64,000 nt of DNA from an uncultured Lentisphaeria bacterium (lineage in GTDB: Bacteria > Verrucomicrobiota > Lentisphaeria > Victivallales > Victivallaceae): the NCBI GenBank assembly GCA_937888615.1, contig CALABZ010000086.1, positions 342 to 64,341 of the forward strand, given 5' to 3'. Shown piece after piece: positions 1 to 7,865 of this stretch. The notes beneath the pieces are model-generated. The model did not search any database and was not told where the DNA came from. It worked only from the letters and a program-made list of their open reading frames with translations. Each line of letters starts with the position of its first letter. Position 1 is the stretch's first letter. The position numbers and the translations under genes were made by a program.

Positions 1-698
1 AGTACCCGATTGTACATGCGCGGAGCCATAATCGTGCCGATGAATGCATCCTGGACCGCACTGCGCCAGTAGCCGCCGCCGATACTGATATTATCCCCGG
101 CGACAATCGTCAGGGCGCGTTCCCCGGAAGCCGCCAGAACGTTGTTGATATAAATCGATACTGTAACCGACGATGCCCCTGTCTCCTGGGTCAGCATGAT
201 ATGATTCCAGGCTAACTGATTCAGCGCATTTTCCGGGGTTTCCAGCATCAACGGATCAATGGCGGCACTGAACACGACTTTGTTTCCGGTCCGGAAGTTC
301 AGAGTGGTATGCAGCCCGGCAAGAGGCTGGCCGGCACAAAAAAAGGCTCTCCATTCGGTCCCGGAAGGCAATGAACCGCCTTTTACCCACACAGAAATGG
401 TGCGGTTCCCGGTATTATCCGCCATGCCGGAAGTTGAATACATGAACAGCGAACCACCGGGCGCAACAGCAGTCGATAAGCCGGAGAATGGATCGGTGGC
501 GATTTGCATGTCGCCCATAACAGTACGTGCTTGTCCGGTATCAGCGGTGTCGTTGGTGAACGAATCGTAAAAAATAAGGCCTTCCGAGGAGACCGGTCCC
601 CGGGGCGGCACTAGCGGCACGAAGATATTACCGAAGAGCAGACCGGGTGAACCAGTTTTTGGCAAGCGCTGTGCCGGAGACAGATAGATATTGCTCAT
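1..698 (-). CDS. LamG/concanavalin-like lectin-fold protein of the phage tail-fibre module (partial; the 3' end runs off the window; absent from the supplied ORF track)
   Basis: Hand translation of the minus strand from the ATG at 696-698 stays open to nt 1. That ATG lies 2 nt after the upstream gene's stop at 701-703. The sequence reads MSNIYLSPAQRLPKTGSPGLLFGNIF...NRTISVWVKGGSLPSGTEWRAFFCAGQ...WNHIMLTQETGASSVTVSIYINNVLAASGE...AFIGTIMAPRMYNRV. The last stretch resembles the typical LamG C-terminal strand. Confidence 0.6.
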   Translation of the reverse strand, partial: MSNIYLSPAQRLPKTGSPGLLFGNIFVPLVPPRGPVSSEGLIFYDSFTNDTADTGQARTVMGDMQIATDPFSGLSTAVAPGGSLFMYSTSGMADNTGNRTISVWVKGGSLPSGTEWRAFFCAGQPLAGLHTTLNFRTGNKVVFSAAIDPLMLETPENALNQLAWNHIMLTQETGASSVTVSIYINNVLAASGERALTIVAGDNISIGGGYWRSAVQDAFIGTIMAPRMYNRV

Positions 699-700
699 AA

Positions 701-1900
701 CTACACCTCTGCCGCCGGGGCGGTCCATGACACGGTTGCGGTTATTTCCGCGCCATCCCACGCGGAACCGGATTCCGTCAGAGTTACTGGTCGGACCTTA
801 ACGGTGGCAATGCCAGTGGCTTCGTCGACCACTGCATCTTCTGTCGCGGTGGCCGGGACCGCTGCACCGCCCAACTCCGATTTATTGATGGTACCCCAAC
901 CGGAACTCGATACGACAGGCGAATAAGATTCAGCAGGAACAGGGATCGTTTCGCCGGTGAACCCGGACATGTCGCCGGTCTGTATTCGAAACTCGTCAAT
1001 CCAACCCTTGAATGAACGGTATGTACCGCCGTATATCCGGGTACCGAAGTTCAGATTGCCGCCCTGAAGGGTAACGGCGGTTGGATTAATTACTCTCGCT
1101 CCGTTAAAGTATGCCGACCATTGCCCGGCTGCTTTGATAAATGCAACATGATCAAAGCCACCGGTGGGAGTAACCAAAGTATATACATCACGACTAACCG
1201 CAATCGCTACCTCTGTGCCGGAGGAATTATTAAAAGCCAACTCCAGTGCATGACGATCCCCGTCGTATTGGGTGGAGGAAAACAGAACCGGGTAACTGTG
1301 AGGCTGTGTACCATCGCCCTTAAACCAGAGGTCGATCCGGCAGGAATCCAAGGCATTCAGCGTTTCAGCAGTGTAATCAAGCACCAACGTTGACGCCGCA
1401 TCCCCTGCGCCCGGGAAATAGGCGCTCTTGCCGAATTTGCCGGTTTCGGCCAGCGTGACCCCACCCCCATTCGTAACAACAGCAGACCCCCCAAGTGCGA
1501 AATTGACAAACGGAGCCGCGTCGAAATGTAACAACACTTTGGTATTGTCATCATTGCCGCCACCAGATACAATCTCGCTGTAAATGGGAATATCATTATT
1601 TGCCGGACTGCCCGGCAAATTACCCGATACGGCACCCGGCATCCATTTCCCGGTTTCGGCATCGTAAACCAACGCCTGACCATCCGAGGCCCCGGCTGCC
1701 CCGGATACGTCCGAAAGATCGGCAAGCGCGGAAGCCCCGGCGCTTCCGCCTGTGAGTGTCCGGATCATGCCGGTGTGATCTTTGATATACTCGGTAACGG
1801 TGCCATCCGCGTTCTGCTTCACCCAACGCAGGTAGTAACCCTCCGACGGCGGCGCGGCACTGGCAAAATCGGTTTTGGTTTTAAATTGTGAAATCTGCAT
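701..1900 (-). CDS. Phage tail-fibre-like protein with a LamG (Laminin_G_3-like) domain
   Basis: 399-aa ORF with a CAGGAG RBS upstream of the ATG. The central part (GKSAYFPGAGDAASTLVLDY...IDLWFKGDG...HVAFIKAAGQWSAYFNGARV...SFKGWIDEFRIQTG) fits a LamG beta-sandwich. It has Gly/Ser/Ala-rich linkers and lies directly downstream of a collagen-like tail fibre gene. Confidence 0.6.
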   Translation of the reverse strand: MQISQFKTKTDFASAAPPSEGYYLRWVKQNADGTVTEYIKDHTGMIRTLTGGSAGASALADLSDVSGAAGASDGQALVYDAETGKWMPGAVSGNLPGSPANNDIPIYSEIVSGGGNDDNTKVLLHFDAAPFVNFALGGSAVVTNGGGVTLAETGKFGKSAYFPGAGDAASTLVLDYTAETLNALDSCRIDLWFKGDGTQPHSYPVLFSSTQYDGDRHALELAFNNSSGTEVAIAVSRDVYTLVTPTGGFDHVAFIKAAGQWSAYFNGARVINPTAVTLQGGNLNFGTRIYGGTYRSFKGWIDEFRIQTGDMSGFTGETIPVPAESYSPVVSSSGWGTINKSELGGAAVPATATEDAVVDEATGIATVKVRPVTLTESGSAWDGAEITATVSWTAPAAEV

Positions 1901-1969
1901 ATTTTTAAATCTCCTGTATATTCATGATTGGTGGGTTTGTTCTGCCCCATCTTCAGTCTGTATTTCACA

Positions 1970-2014
1970 AGGGCATGCCGACGGTTGGCGTGTCGATGCA
2001 TGCCCTGTTTTTTT
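1970..2014 (+). terminator. Strong stem-loop followed by T7 on the plus strand, between two minus-strand tail genes
   Basis: AGGGCATGC-CGAC...GTCG-AT-GCATGCCCT (1970-2006), then GTTTTTTT. The U-tract exists only in the plus-strand reading; on the minus strand the hairpin is preceded by A7. Confidence 0.4.
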
Positions 2015-2025
2015 GAGTATGGAAC

Positions 2026-4440
2026 TCAACCCGTGATCCAAATCATACCGTCAACCGGGTCCGCCGGTTCCGTTACACTGACAACCGCATTTATATTGCC
2101 GACCGCTCCGGTCGTACCTCTCGGAATGATAAAGTCCAGTACCGCGGCGCCGGAAGTACCCGAATTGATCACACTGACAGAACTTCCCGGTTCTCCAGTG
2201 GTCACTGTTCCAACCGACACTGTCGCCGCGACGCCATCCGGTCCGACAAGCCCAGTCGCACCACGCGGAACAACAAAGTTCAATACCGCGGCACCGACAG
2301 TCCCCGAATTGGTAACACTTGCTGAATCGCCCGGTTCTCCCGTCGTCACCGTTCCGACCGACACTGTCGCCGCAACGCCATCCGGTCCGACAGCGCCTTC
2401 CGGCCCAGCAGGACCGACGTCACCGCGCAGGCTGAACCCAGCCGACCAGTCACCGGCATCGTTGGAACGTTTATGATAAACCATGGCGGTTTCAATATCC
2501 AGATAAGCAAAATCTTTCTGTTCGCCATCGTACAGGGAGCGTTCCGTCAAGGTCCCGTAAGCATCAGGTTCAAAGCCTTTTCCGTCCTGCCCGTCTTCAC
2601 CCTTGACCCCAACCGCAAAGACGATTTTCCACATCCCGGAAACAGCCGGCAAATTGCGATAAATCATAATTGCCGCAAGATTGATTTCGGTCGAGTTTTC
2701 GCCATAAATGACTTCATTGAGTGCGAATGAATATTGGCGCCCGGTTTCGTCGATCACAGCAATGACCGGACGGGTATCCGGGAGCGTCAACTTACCATCC
2801 GTAACCGCACTGTCATCGAAAATATATTCGTCCGCCTCATTGCGCAGCCAAGCCAGATAATCAGCCTCGGTCCCTTCGTGACCGTTTTCAAGCCATATCT
2901 GGTAATCGCTTCTGGCGATTCCGCCTTGCGCAAAATAAATACGGCCGGTTTCAAACGCCGGGCATGAAGACCCGAAATAAACTCGAACGTCATCATCCGC
3001 TACCTTGACGTTTCTCAGGACGCCCTGTTCCGAGCCATAGGGCAATTGAAGTTCGCCATCCGCCGTATCAATGCAAACTGCCGCAATCATCGCTGCCGGA
3101 TGTTCGCGCAAACTGAAACTCAAATATTCCACCCCTTCGGATAGAGCGGTGAATTCCAGAGGAGGAACCAATCCGGTGTCCACATCCACAGGCGCATAAA
3201 ATTGAACGGGCAAAGGCTCACTCCAGTCACCATTGTCTCCGCTCCGTTTTTTGTAAAAATAAACGGTGGTGACTTTCGCTTCCTCATCAGTTTCGCTGGC
3301 CGCAAAGACGAAACCCGCCGCTTCGCCGTCATAGTTGCTGCGTTCGGACAAATCGCCGCTGGCGTCGTAATGGAAATCCCGCCCGTCCTCGCCTTTCATC
3401 CCTACAGCAAAAATGATTTTCCACAAGCCGGAAATGGCCGACAAGTTGCGATAAGTCTTAACCGCTTCAAGATTGATTTCGGTCGAACTTTCTCCGTAAA
3501 CGACTTCGTCGAGTGCAAACGGATACTGGTGTCCGATTTCATCAATCACCGCAATAACCGGGCGAGTACCTGGAATCGTCAGTATATTGCCCGTAACCGC
3601 GCTGTTGTCGAAAACATATTCCTCCGCTTTGCCATTGACCATTGTCAAAATCTGCGTGGTTTCATCGGAATACGTAATCGTGTAAGTGTCAATATCCCCT
3701 TCGGTGACGGTCTTGTCGATGGACACGATACCACGACCAGTCGCCCCCGAATGTCCGCGTGGAATTGAAATATCCTGCGTAGTTTCATCCGAATAGGTAA
3801 TCGTGTAAATATCGGCGTTCGCCGCTTCGTCAAACTCTTTCAACACAATGGTCGCGATACCGCGTCCGGGATCCCCTGCTCCCGGGATTTCGGCCTGGGC
3901 GATCAGGGCGCGGACCTGGGCGGCGTTAAGATATTCGGGATCATTTACCACATCCGAGGGTGCTTCGCCTCCGAGATAGACACGGTTGCAGACCATCAGT
4001 GAAAAGTGGACGGCGAACGTTGCCGACGTCGCCCCGTTTTCTGCGGAATAACCGCCTATTTCCCCATGAAGTTCAACTTTCTGCTGAAGCGCGACCGCTT
4101 CCAGCAATCCCGGATAAGCCGTATTCGGAATTTCCGCTTCGAAATAAACCCGTCCCTCTTCTTCCGTCAGGGCAATTCCATCCATCTTGAGAAGTTTCGG
4201 TACGGTCTCCCGGTCATAATCATTGTCCAGAGCCAGATAATAGCTGTCACTGCGAATATTATCGATGTCGACAGGGAGCATCACCCCGCCCGCGGAATCG
4301 GTTTCGGGCCGACGCAGATCAAACCGCAGTCGGATATGAGTCCCGACCGCAATTTCCGGTGTTGCCCGTCCTTCGCCGTATTCATCAATCCAGGTGCCGG
4401 CGGCGCCTTCAATCATCAAGATGCGAGTCATCTGTTCCAT
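2026..4440 (-). CDS. Phage tail fibre protein with a collagen-like G-X-Y stretch and repeated receptor-binding-type modules
   Basis: 804-aa ORF with a GGAGG RBS. The C-terminus reads GDVGPAGPEGAVGPDGVAATVSVGTVTTGEPGDSASVTNSGTVGAAVLNFVVPRGATG, repeated a second time. I recognise this motif from prophage tail-fibre and collagen-like proteins. Further internal duplications are listed as separate features. Confidence 0.75.
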   Translation of the reverse strand: MEQMTRILMIEGAAGTWIDEYGEGRATPEIAVGTHIRLRFDLRRPETDSAGGVMLPVDIDNIRSDSYYLALDNDYDRETVPKLLKMDGIALTEEEGRVYFEAEIPNTAYPGLLEAVALQQKVELHGEIGGYSAENGATSATFAVHFSLMVCNRVYLGGEAPSDVVNDPEYLNAAQVRALIAQAEIPGAGDPGRGIATIVLKEFDEAANADIYTITYSDETTQDISIPRGHSGATGRGIVSIDKTVTEGDIDTYTITYSDETTQILTMVNGKAEEYVFDNSAVTGNILTIPGTRPVIAVIDEIGHQYPFALDEVVYGESSTEINLEAVKTYRNLSAISGLWKIIFAVGMKGEDGRDFHYDASGDLSERSNYDGEAAGFVFAASETDEEAKVTTVYFYKKRSGDNGDWSEPLPVQFYAPVDVDTGLVPPLEFTALSEGVEYLSFSLREHPAAMIAAVCIDTADGELQLPYGSEQGVLRNVKVADDDVRVYFGSSCPAFETGRIYFAQGGIARSDYQIWLENGHEGTEADYLAWLRNEADEYIFDDSAVTDGKLTLPDTRPVIAVIDETGRQYSFALNEVIYGENSTEINLAAIMIYRNLPAVSGMWKIVFAVGVKGEDGQDGKGFEPDAYGTLTERSLYDGEQKDFAYLDIETAMVYHKRSNDAGDWSAGFSLRGDVGPAGPEGAVGPDGVAATVSVGTVTTGEPGDSASVTNSGTVGAAVLNFVVPRGATGLVGPDGVAATVSVGTVTTGEPGSSVSVINSGTSGAAVLDFIIPRGTTGAVGNINAVVSVTEPADPVDGMIWITG
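2116..2391 (-). repeat. Two tandem 144-nt (48-aa) repeats inside the tail fibre gene
   Basis: CCGACACTGTCGCCGC[G/A]ACGCCATCCGGTCCGAC occurs at 2214 and at 2358, a period of 144 nt. Protein copies: VGPDGVAATVSVGTVTTGEPG(D/S)S(A/V)SV(T/I)NSGT...AAVL(N/D)F(V/I)(V/I)PRG. Confidence 0.9.
2437..2838 (-). repeat. Distal copy of a ~135-aa intragenic duplication in the tail fibre gene
   Basis: aa 535-668 (EADEYIFDDSAVTDGKLTLPDTRPVIAVIDETGRQYSFALNEVIYGENSTEINLAAIMIYRNLPAVSGMWKIVFAVGVKGEDG...DAGDWS) parallels aa 272-407. DNA similarity is visible, for example GATTTTCCACA...CAAGATTGATTTCGGTCGA. Confidence 0.85.
3211..3627 (-). repeat. Proximal copy of the ~135-aa intragenic duplication in the tail fibre gene
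   Basis: aa 272-410: AEEYVFDNSAVTGNILTIPGTRPVIAVIDEIGHQYPFALDEVVYGESSTEINLEAVKTYRNLSAISGLWKIIFAVGMKGEDG...DNGDWS. This is a diverged copy of the 2437-2838 segment. Confidence 0.85.
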
Positions 4441-4444
4441 CAGT

Positions 4445-4552
4445 TTACCTCCAAATAGAATTTACATTGATGCCATTAACATTGGTACATTCGTCAACAT
4501 GATTGTCGCAGTATTGACCGCTAAACCAATAACCGATGTTTTGTTCAGACAT
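4445..4552 (-). CDS. Small hypothetical protein (35 aa), candidate first gene of the tail-fibre module; not in the ORF track
   Basis: AGGAGG lies 9 nt upstream of the ATG at 4550-4552. Hand translation: MSEQNIGYWFSGQYCDNHVDECTNVNGINVNSIWR. Its stop at 4445-4447 is 4 nt before the tail-fibre ATG, and its last codons supply that gene's GGAGG RBS. Confidence 0.35.
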   Translation of the reverse strand: MSEQNIGYWFSGQYCDNHVDECTNVNGINVNSIWR

Positions 4553-4615
4553 ACTTTTTTTCAACCTCCTGTAAAAAAACGCTTCATGCAATAATGAAAA
4601 ATGTCAACATATCGG

Positions 4616-4682
4616 GGATAAAAAGAAAAATTCCTCCGCCGGAAACGGTTGTGTTTCCGTGCGGAGGAATTTATTGATTTTT
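4616..4682. terminator. Bidirectional rho-independent terminator
   Basis: 16-bp stem with a one-base bulge (4631-4646 pairs with 4653-4669) and a 6-nt loop. It is flanked by an A/T-rich tract on the left (which reads TTTTTCTTTTTAT on the minus strand) and TTTATTGATTTTT on the right. It lies downstream of the minus-strand gene ending at 4832. Confidence 0.7.
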
Positions 4683-4831
4683 AAATATACTGCGACGGCG
4701 CACGCCGGAAACGGTTATTCCGTTATTTCGGCGCGGCCCAGGTAAATGTCGGCTGGAAGCGTACCGGGTCCTCCGAAAATCTCATGGGCCTTTACCAACT
4801 CCACCGCCGCCTGTTCAAATTCACCGGAATA

Positions 4832-6646
4832 TTACATGCCTTTGAAGTAAAACAATCTAATATTCTCCGGCTCGACCATAAACGTAAGAGTTTCCCCCAC
4901 AGCTTCATATATCTTATTCTCCCTCAAATCTTTTATGACATTCGGCTTGAATGGCAATTTTATTGTGGTTGAAGGCTTGCCACGGGAATAATTTCCCACT
5001 AAAAGCAACATTTCATTACCTTTCTTTATTGCGGAATATGTTAAATCCGGATTAGAACCTTTCAACTCCGATATTTCGCCATCTGCGACGAGGTCTTCAT
5101 AGGGCTGAAGCGATGCCAATGCTTTGACATGATAATAGAAGTCCAGCGGTGAATCGGTAAAATTAATCCATTCAAAATAAGTTATGCCTCCCGCACCGTT
5201 TAAAAACGCCTCCAAAACCATGAATTCAATTTTGTAGGAATCGAATTCTCCATAGCATCCGGAAGTCAACCATGGTATGATTTGTTTGTTCTTCATTAAT
5301 TTATGATTGGCACGAATATTTTCGTGCACCTCCCGGACCCGCCCTCCCACATAAAGACTTGGCTGGGCCATATCAATAAACTTCGGATAGTCCCGCTGAA
5401 AGAGATTAATTGCATAGGTTGGAATTAAGGGCTGGCGATCATAGCATCCTACCGCAGGCATATTAATCTTCGCAGCGGCTGCGCCCCGGGCTATTTCAGC
5501 TTTTAATTCTCTCATTAATTCCGAGCCGCAATCATACAAATATTCTTCCATATTCTTGCCGGATTTTTTCTGACGCTCAATACATCGGGAGCACTTTGGC
5601 GCAGTTGAAAATGCATTATGCCAGCATTCGATATCAAAAAACACGAAATCAGGCCGGGACATTTCAACACACCGGGCAATGCGATTCATTTCCGCAATAA
5701 AAAACGTTCCCCTGTAACTTGGGCAGAAATTCCGACGCTTTTCACCATCGGAATGCCGGCAGAATATTTCACTGCCTGCTTTTTGTTTTTCTCCCATATA
5801 ATGAATCGGTGACTCATTCATGATCACTTTAAAATTGCGTTCATGGGCGTTCTCTACAAATTTCGCAAAATCCTTATAATTATCGGGATTCCAATAACGG
5901 GGAAAAGTACTGACGCAATTAAATCCCAGCTTCCGCCAATTGGTGAAAAAATCGGGCCAGTTCATAGCTTGTCCTTCCGACATCCACGCCAAACTGATAT
6001 GCAACCGTTTAAAAGGCTCTAATAATGGAGCTGTAACCATTCTTACCGGCAGGCTTGTTTCCGGTTGCTTCTGATCTCCCGACAATGCATAAATATATGC
6101 TGTTCCGTAAGAGTCCTTCACCGTTCCGGCCGCTAGATACACCGTTGGACTATTCAGGTTTTTAAGCGGAATTGTATAACGGACATATTTCTGATCGCCG
6201 CGTTTAATGGAAACGCATTCCTTCACATTTGCCAGACGGACCGGTTCGGGGAGTTCGATCACTAAAGACGCCGCTTTTTTCCGTTCCTCCTTATCACGCA
6301 TGTCTTCGACATTGAAACGCTGCGGAGCAGGAATATTGGACATGAATGCCAATTCCGGCAGGCGGGGTTGAATAATTAACCCTTTCATGGGAATGGATAT
6401 ACCGGCTTTTTTATAAGCCTGATTATAGTCCTCCGACTTTCCATCCCCTTCGATCAACGCCATTTCATCACAGAAAACCCAATCCGTTTCCCCTGTAAGC
6501 TTCAAGATGACGTATCGCGCGCCAGCATTGATTTTGAGTTCAAAAGGATAAACCCTTGTCCGGGTGCCCAAGGCATTTTCCGGTAAATAGTAAAACTTCT
6601 TAAAATCACTTTTCCTCGCCTCGGCAGGCATTAAGCACATCTTCAT
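4832..6646 (-). CDS. Hypothetical protein without a signal peptide; possible glycan-active enzyme (weak)
   Basis: The listed ORF starts at 6679, inside the IS element. I place the start at the ATG at 6644-6646 (MKMCLMPAEARKSDF...), which precedes the IS insertion point. The ORF is long and uninterrupted, with a Cys-rich central part (FCPSYRG...DIECWHNAFSTAPKCSRCIE). I recognised no family. Confidence 0.65.
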   Translation of the reverse strand: MKMCLMPAEARKSDFKKFYYLPENALGTRTRVYPFELKINAGARYVILKLTGETDWVFCDEMALIEGDGKSEDYNQAYKKAGISIPMKGLIIQPRLPELAFMSNIPAPQRFNVEDMRDKEERKKAASLVIELPEPVRLANVKECVSIKRGDQKYVRYTIPLKNLNSPTVYLAAGTVKDSYGTAYIYALSGDQKQPETSLPVRMVTAPLLEPFKRLHISLAWMSEGQAMNWPDFFTNWRKLGFNCVSTFPRYWNPDNYKDFAKFVENAHERNFKVIMNESPIHYMGEKQKAGSEIFCRHSDGEKRRNFCPSYRGTFFIAEMNRIARCVEMSRPDFVFFDIECWHNAFSTAPKCSRCIERQKKSGKNMEEYLYDCGSELMRELKAEIARGAAAAKINMPAVGCYDRQPLIPTYAINLFQRDYPKFIDMAQPSLYVGGRVREVHENIRANHKLMKNKQIIPWLTSGCYGEFDSYKIEFMVLEAFLNGAGGITYFEWINFTDSPLDFYYHVKALASLQPYEDLVADGEISELKGSNPDLTYSAIKKGNEMLLLVGNYSRGKPSTTIKLPFKPNVIKDLRENKIYEAVGETLTFMVEPENIRLFYFKGM

Positions 6647-6647
6647 A

Positions 6648-7781
6648 AATATTTGACAAATAGAAAAGGCGTGATACATTATTTGTATGTCAACGGGAGA
6701 TGCATCATGAAAATAGTAAAACTCGCCTTATCCGAGCAGGAGAAAACAGAACTTGAGTATCTTCAAATCAACGGATCAAATCTGTTGAGGGAACGAAGTT
6801 TGGCCATACTTCATTGCGCGCAGGGGAAAAAGTTAACCTGGATCGCCGATGCTTTGAACCGGCGGATTTTAACGATTCGCTCCTGGATCGATTCCTTCCG
6901 CAAGTATGGCATCTCCGGCTTGTCGCGGGCATACTCTCCCGGACGTCCCAGTTTCAGGAAAAAGAATCTCCTGCCCGAATTACGGGAATGTTTATCGAAA
7001 TCGCCGCGAGATTACGGTTTCTTCGAAAATGTTTGGACTCTCAATTTGCTCAAGACTCACTTCAAAAAACAATTCAATCGCGATTTCAGCGCCTCTACAA
7101 TAACAAGACTGCTGAAAGACGAGGGTTACAGTTTTAAACGGCCCAAGAAATCCATGCCGACAAGTGCTCCGTCGAAGGAAGAAAAGTTGGGACAGGTCCA
7201 GCAAATTGCGCAAGAGATTCTTGCATTGAAAGATAACCAGGAAACCATCGTATTATTTCTTGATGAGTCCCATTTTTCAACGGAACCTTATGTGATTCGA
7301 GGCTGGCACAAGAAAGGAGAAGATTTTTTCCCTCAGGACTCCTCAAAAACGGGAAAGTCTTTCGGTATTTGGCGCATTCAATCCGGTCGGCAAACGTTTT
7401 TACTGGAAAAGCGCGTCGAAAAGTAACACCGGCGTCCTCCTTGCTTTCCTGCATCAACTTCTGGCTCAATTCAAGGGGAAACGCCTGGCGATTATTCTGG
7501 ACAACGCGTCCATTCATCGAAGCAAGAAACTGAAGCGGTTCCTTGAGAAATACCCAGATTTGAATATCTTCGCACTTCCGGCATATGCACCGGAGTATAA
7601 TCCCATCGAACAGGTCTGGCATTGGATCAAACCATTGGTTCACGTGGCGAAAACCATTGACAATGGCATTGAGGAGCTGATGCATCGTTTTCGCCAAGTC
7701 GCCTCCGCATGGCTCAATGGCAGGCTTGCTAAGTCACCAGCCGTCGGATCGGCATATGGGCAGATTTACTTGTTGAAAATT
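6648..7781 (+). mobile_element. IS630-family insertion sequence (~1.13 kb) flanked by TA
   Basis: Imperfect terminal inverted repeats: AAATATTTGACAAATAG at 6648-6664 against the reverse complement of 7765-7781, 12 of 17 matching. TA lies at 6646-6647 and at 7782-7783. The size and the internal DDE transposase fit IS630/Tc1-mariner. The boundaries are provisional. Confidence 0.6.
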
Positions 7782-7865
7782 TATGACGATATGTTTATTC
7801 ATAAAATGAGTCTTACAAAGCAAGGTTTATATCAGGATAAGCAACCTGCCCATTATGACGCATGA
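6707..7865 (+). pseudogene. IS630-family DDE transposase, split by a +1 frameshift and reading through the right IS end
   Basis: The N-terminal part (6707-7426) carries the HTH region and the first Asp (LFLDESHF). A second frame opens from 7296 and carries RESLSVFGAFNPVGKRFYW...LAIILDNASIH...YAPEYNPIEQVW (DD..E). The frames overlap around a T6 run at 7324-7329. The RBS GGGAGA lies before the ATG at 6707. Confidence 0.8.

Noticed and set aside
259-570. Listed 103-aa plus-strand ORF at the left edge
   Set aside because: It lies entirely antisense to a longer minus-strand reading frame (1-698). That frame has a proper start, is coupled to the upstream gene and has a recognisable LamG-like sequence. 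The plus-strand product has no recognisable features.
1-4552. Diversity-generating retroelement acting on the tail-fibre or LamG genes
   Set aside because: There is no reverse transcriptase gene in the window. The internal repeats differ at all base types rather than showing adenine-specific template/variable-repeat mismatches. It cannot be excluded for the unseen part of the element.
4579-4607. Minus-strand TTGACA (4607-4602) as the promoter of the tail-fibre module
   Set aside because: No acceptable -10 hexamer lies 16-18 nt downstream (AAGCGT or TGCATG at the expected position).
4832-6679. Idea that the IS truncated the 5' end of the 604-aa gene (its first ~70 aa resemble the tail of a discoidin/jelly-roll domain, ARYVILKLTGETDWVFCDEMALIEG)
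   Set aside because: Reconstructing the empty site shows the pseudopilin stop only 32 nt upstream of the retained ATG. No missing 5' coding segment can therefore be attributed to the IS. The domain resemblance is weak.
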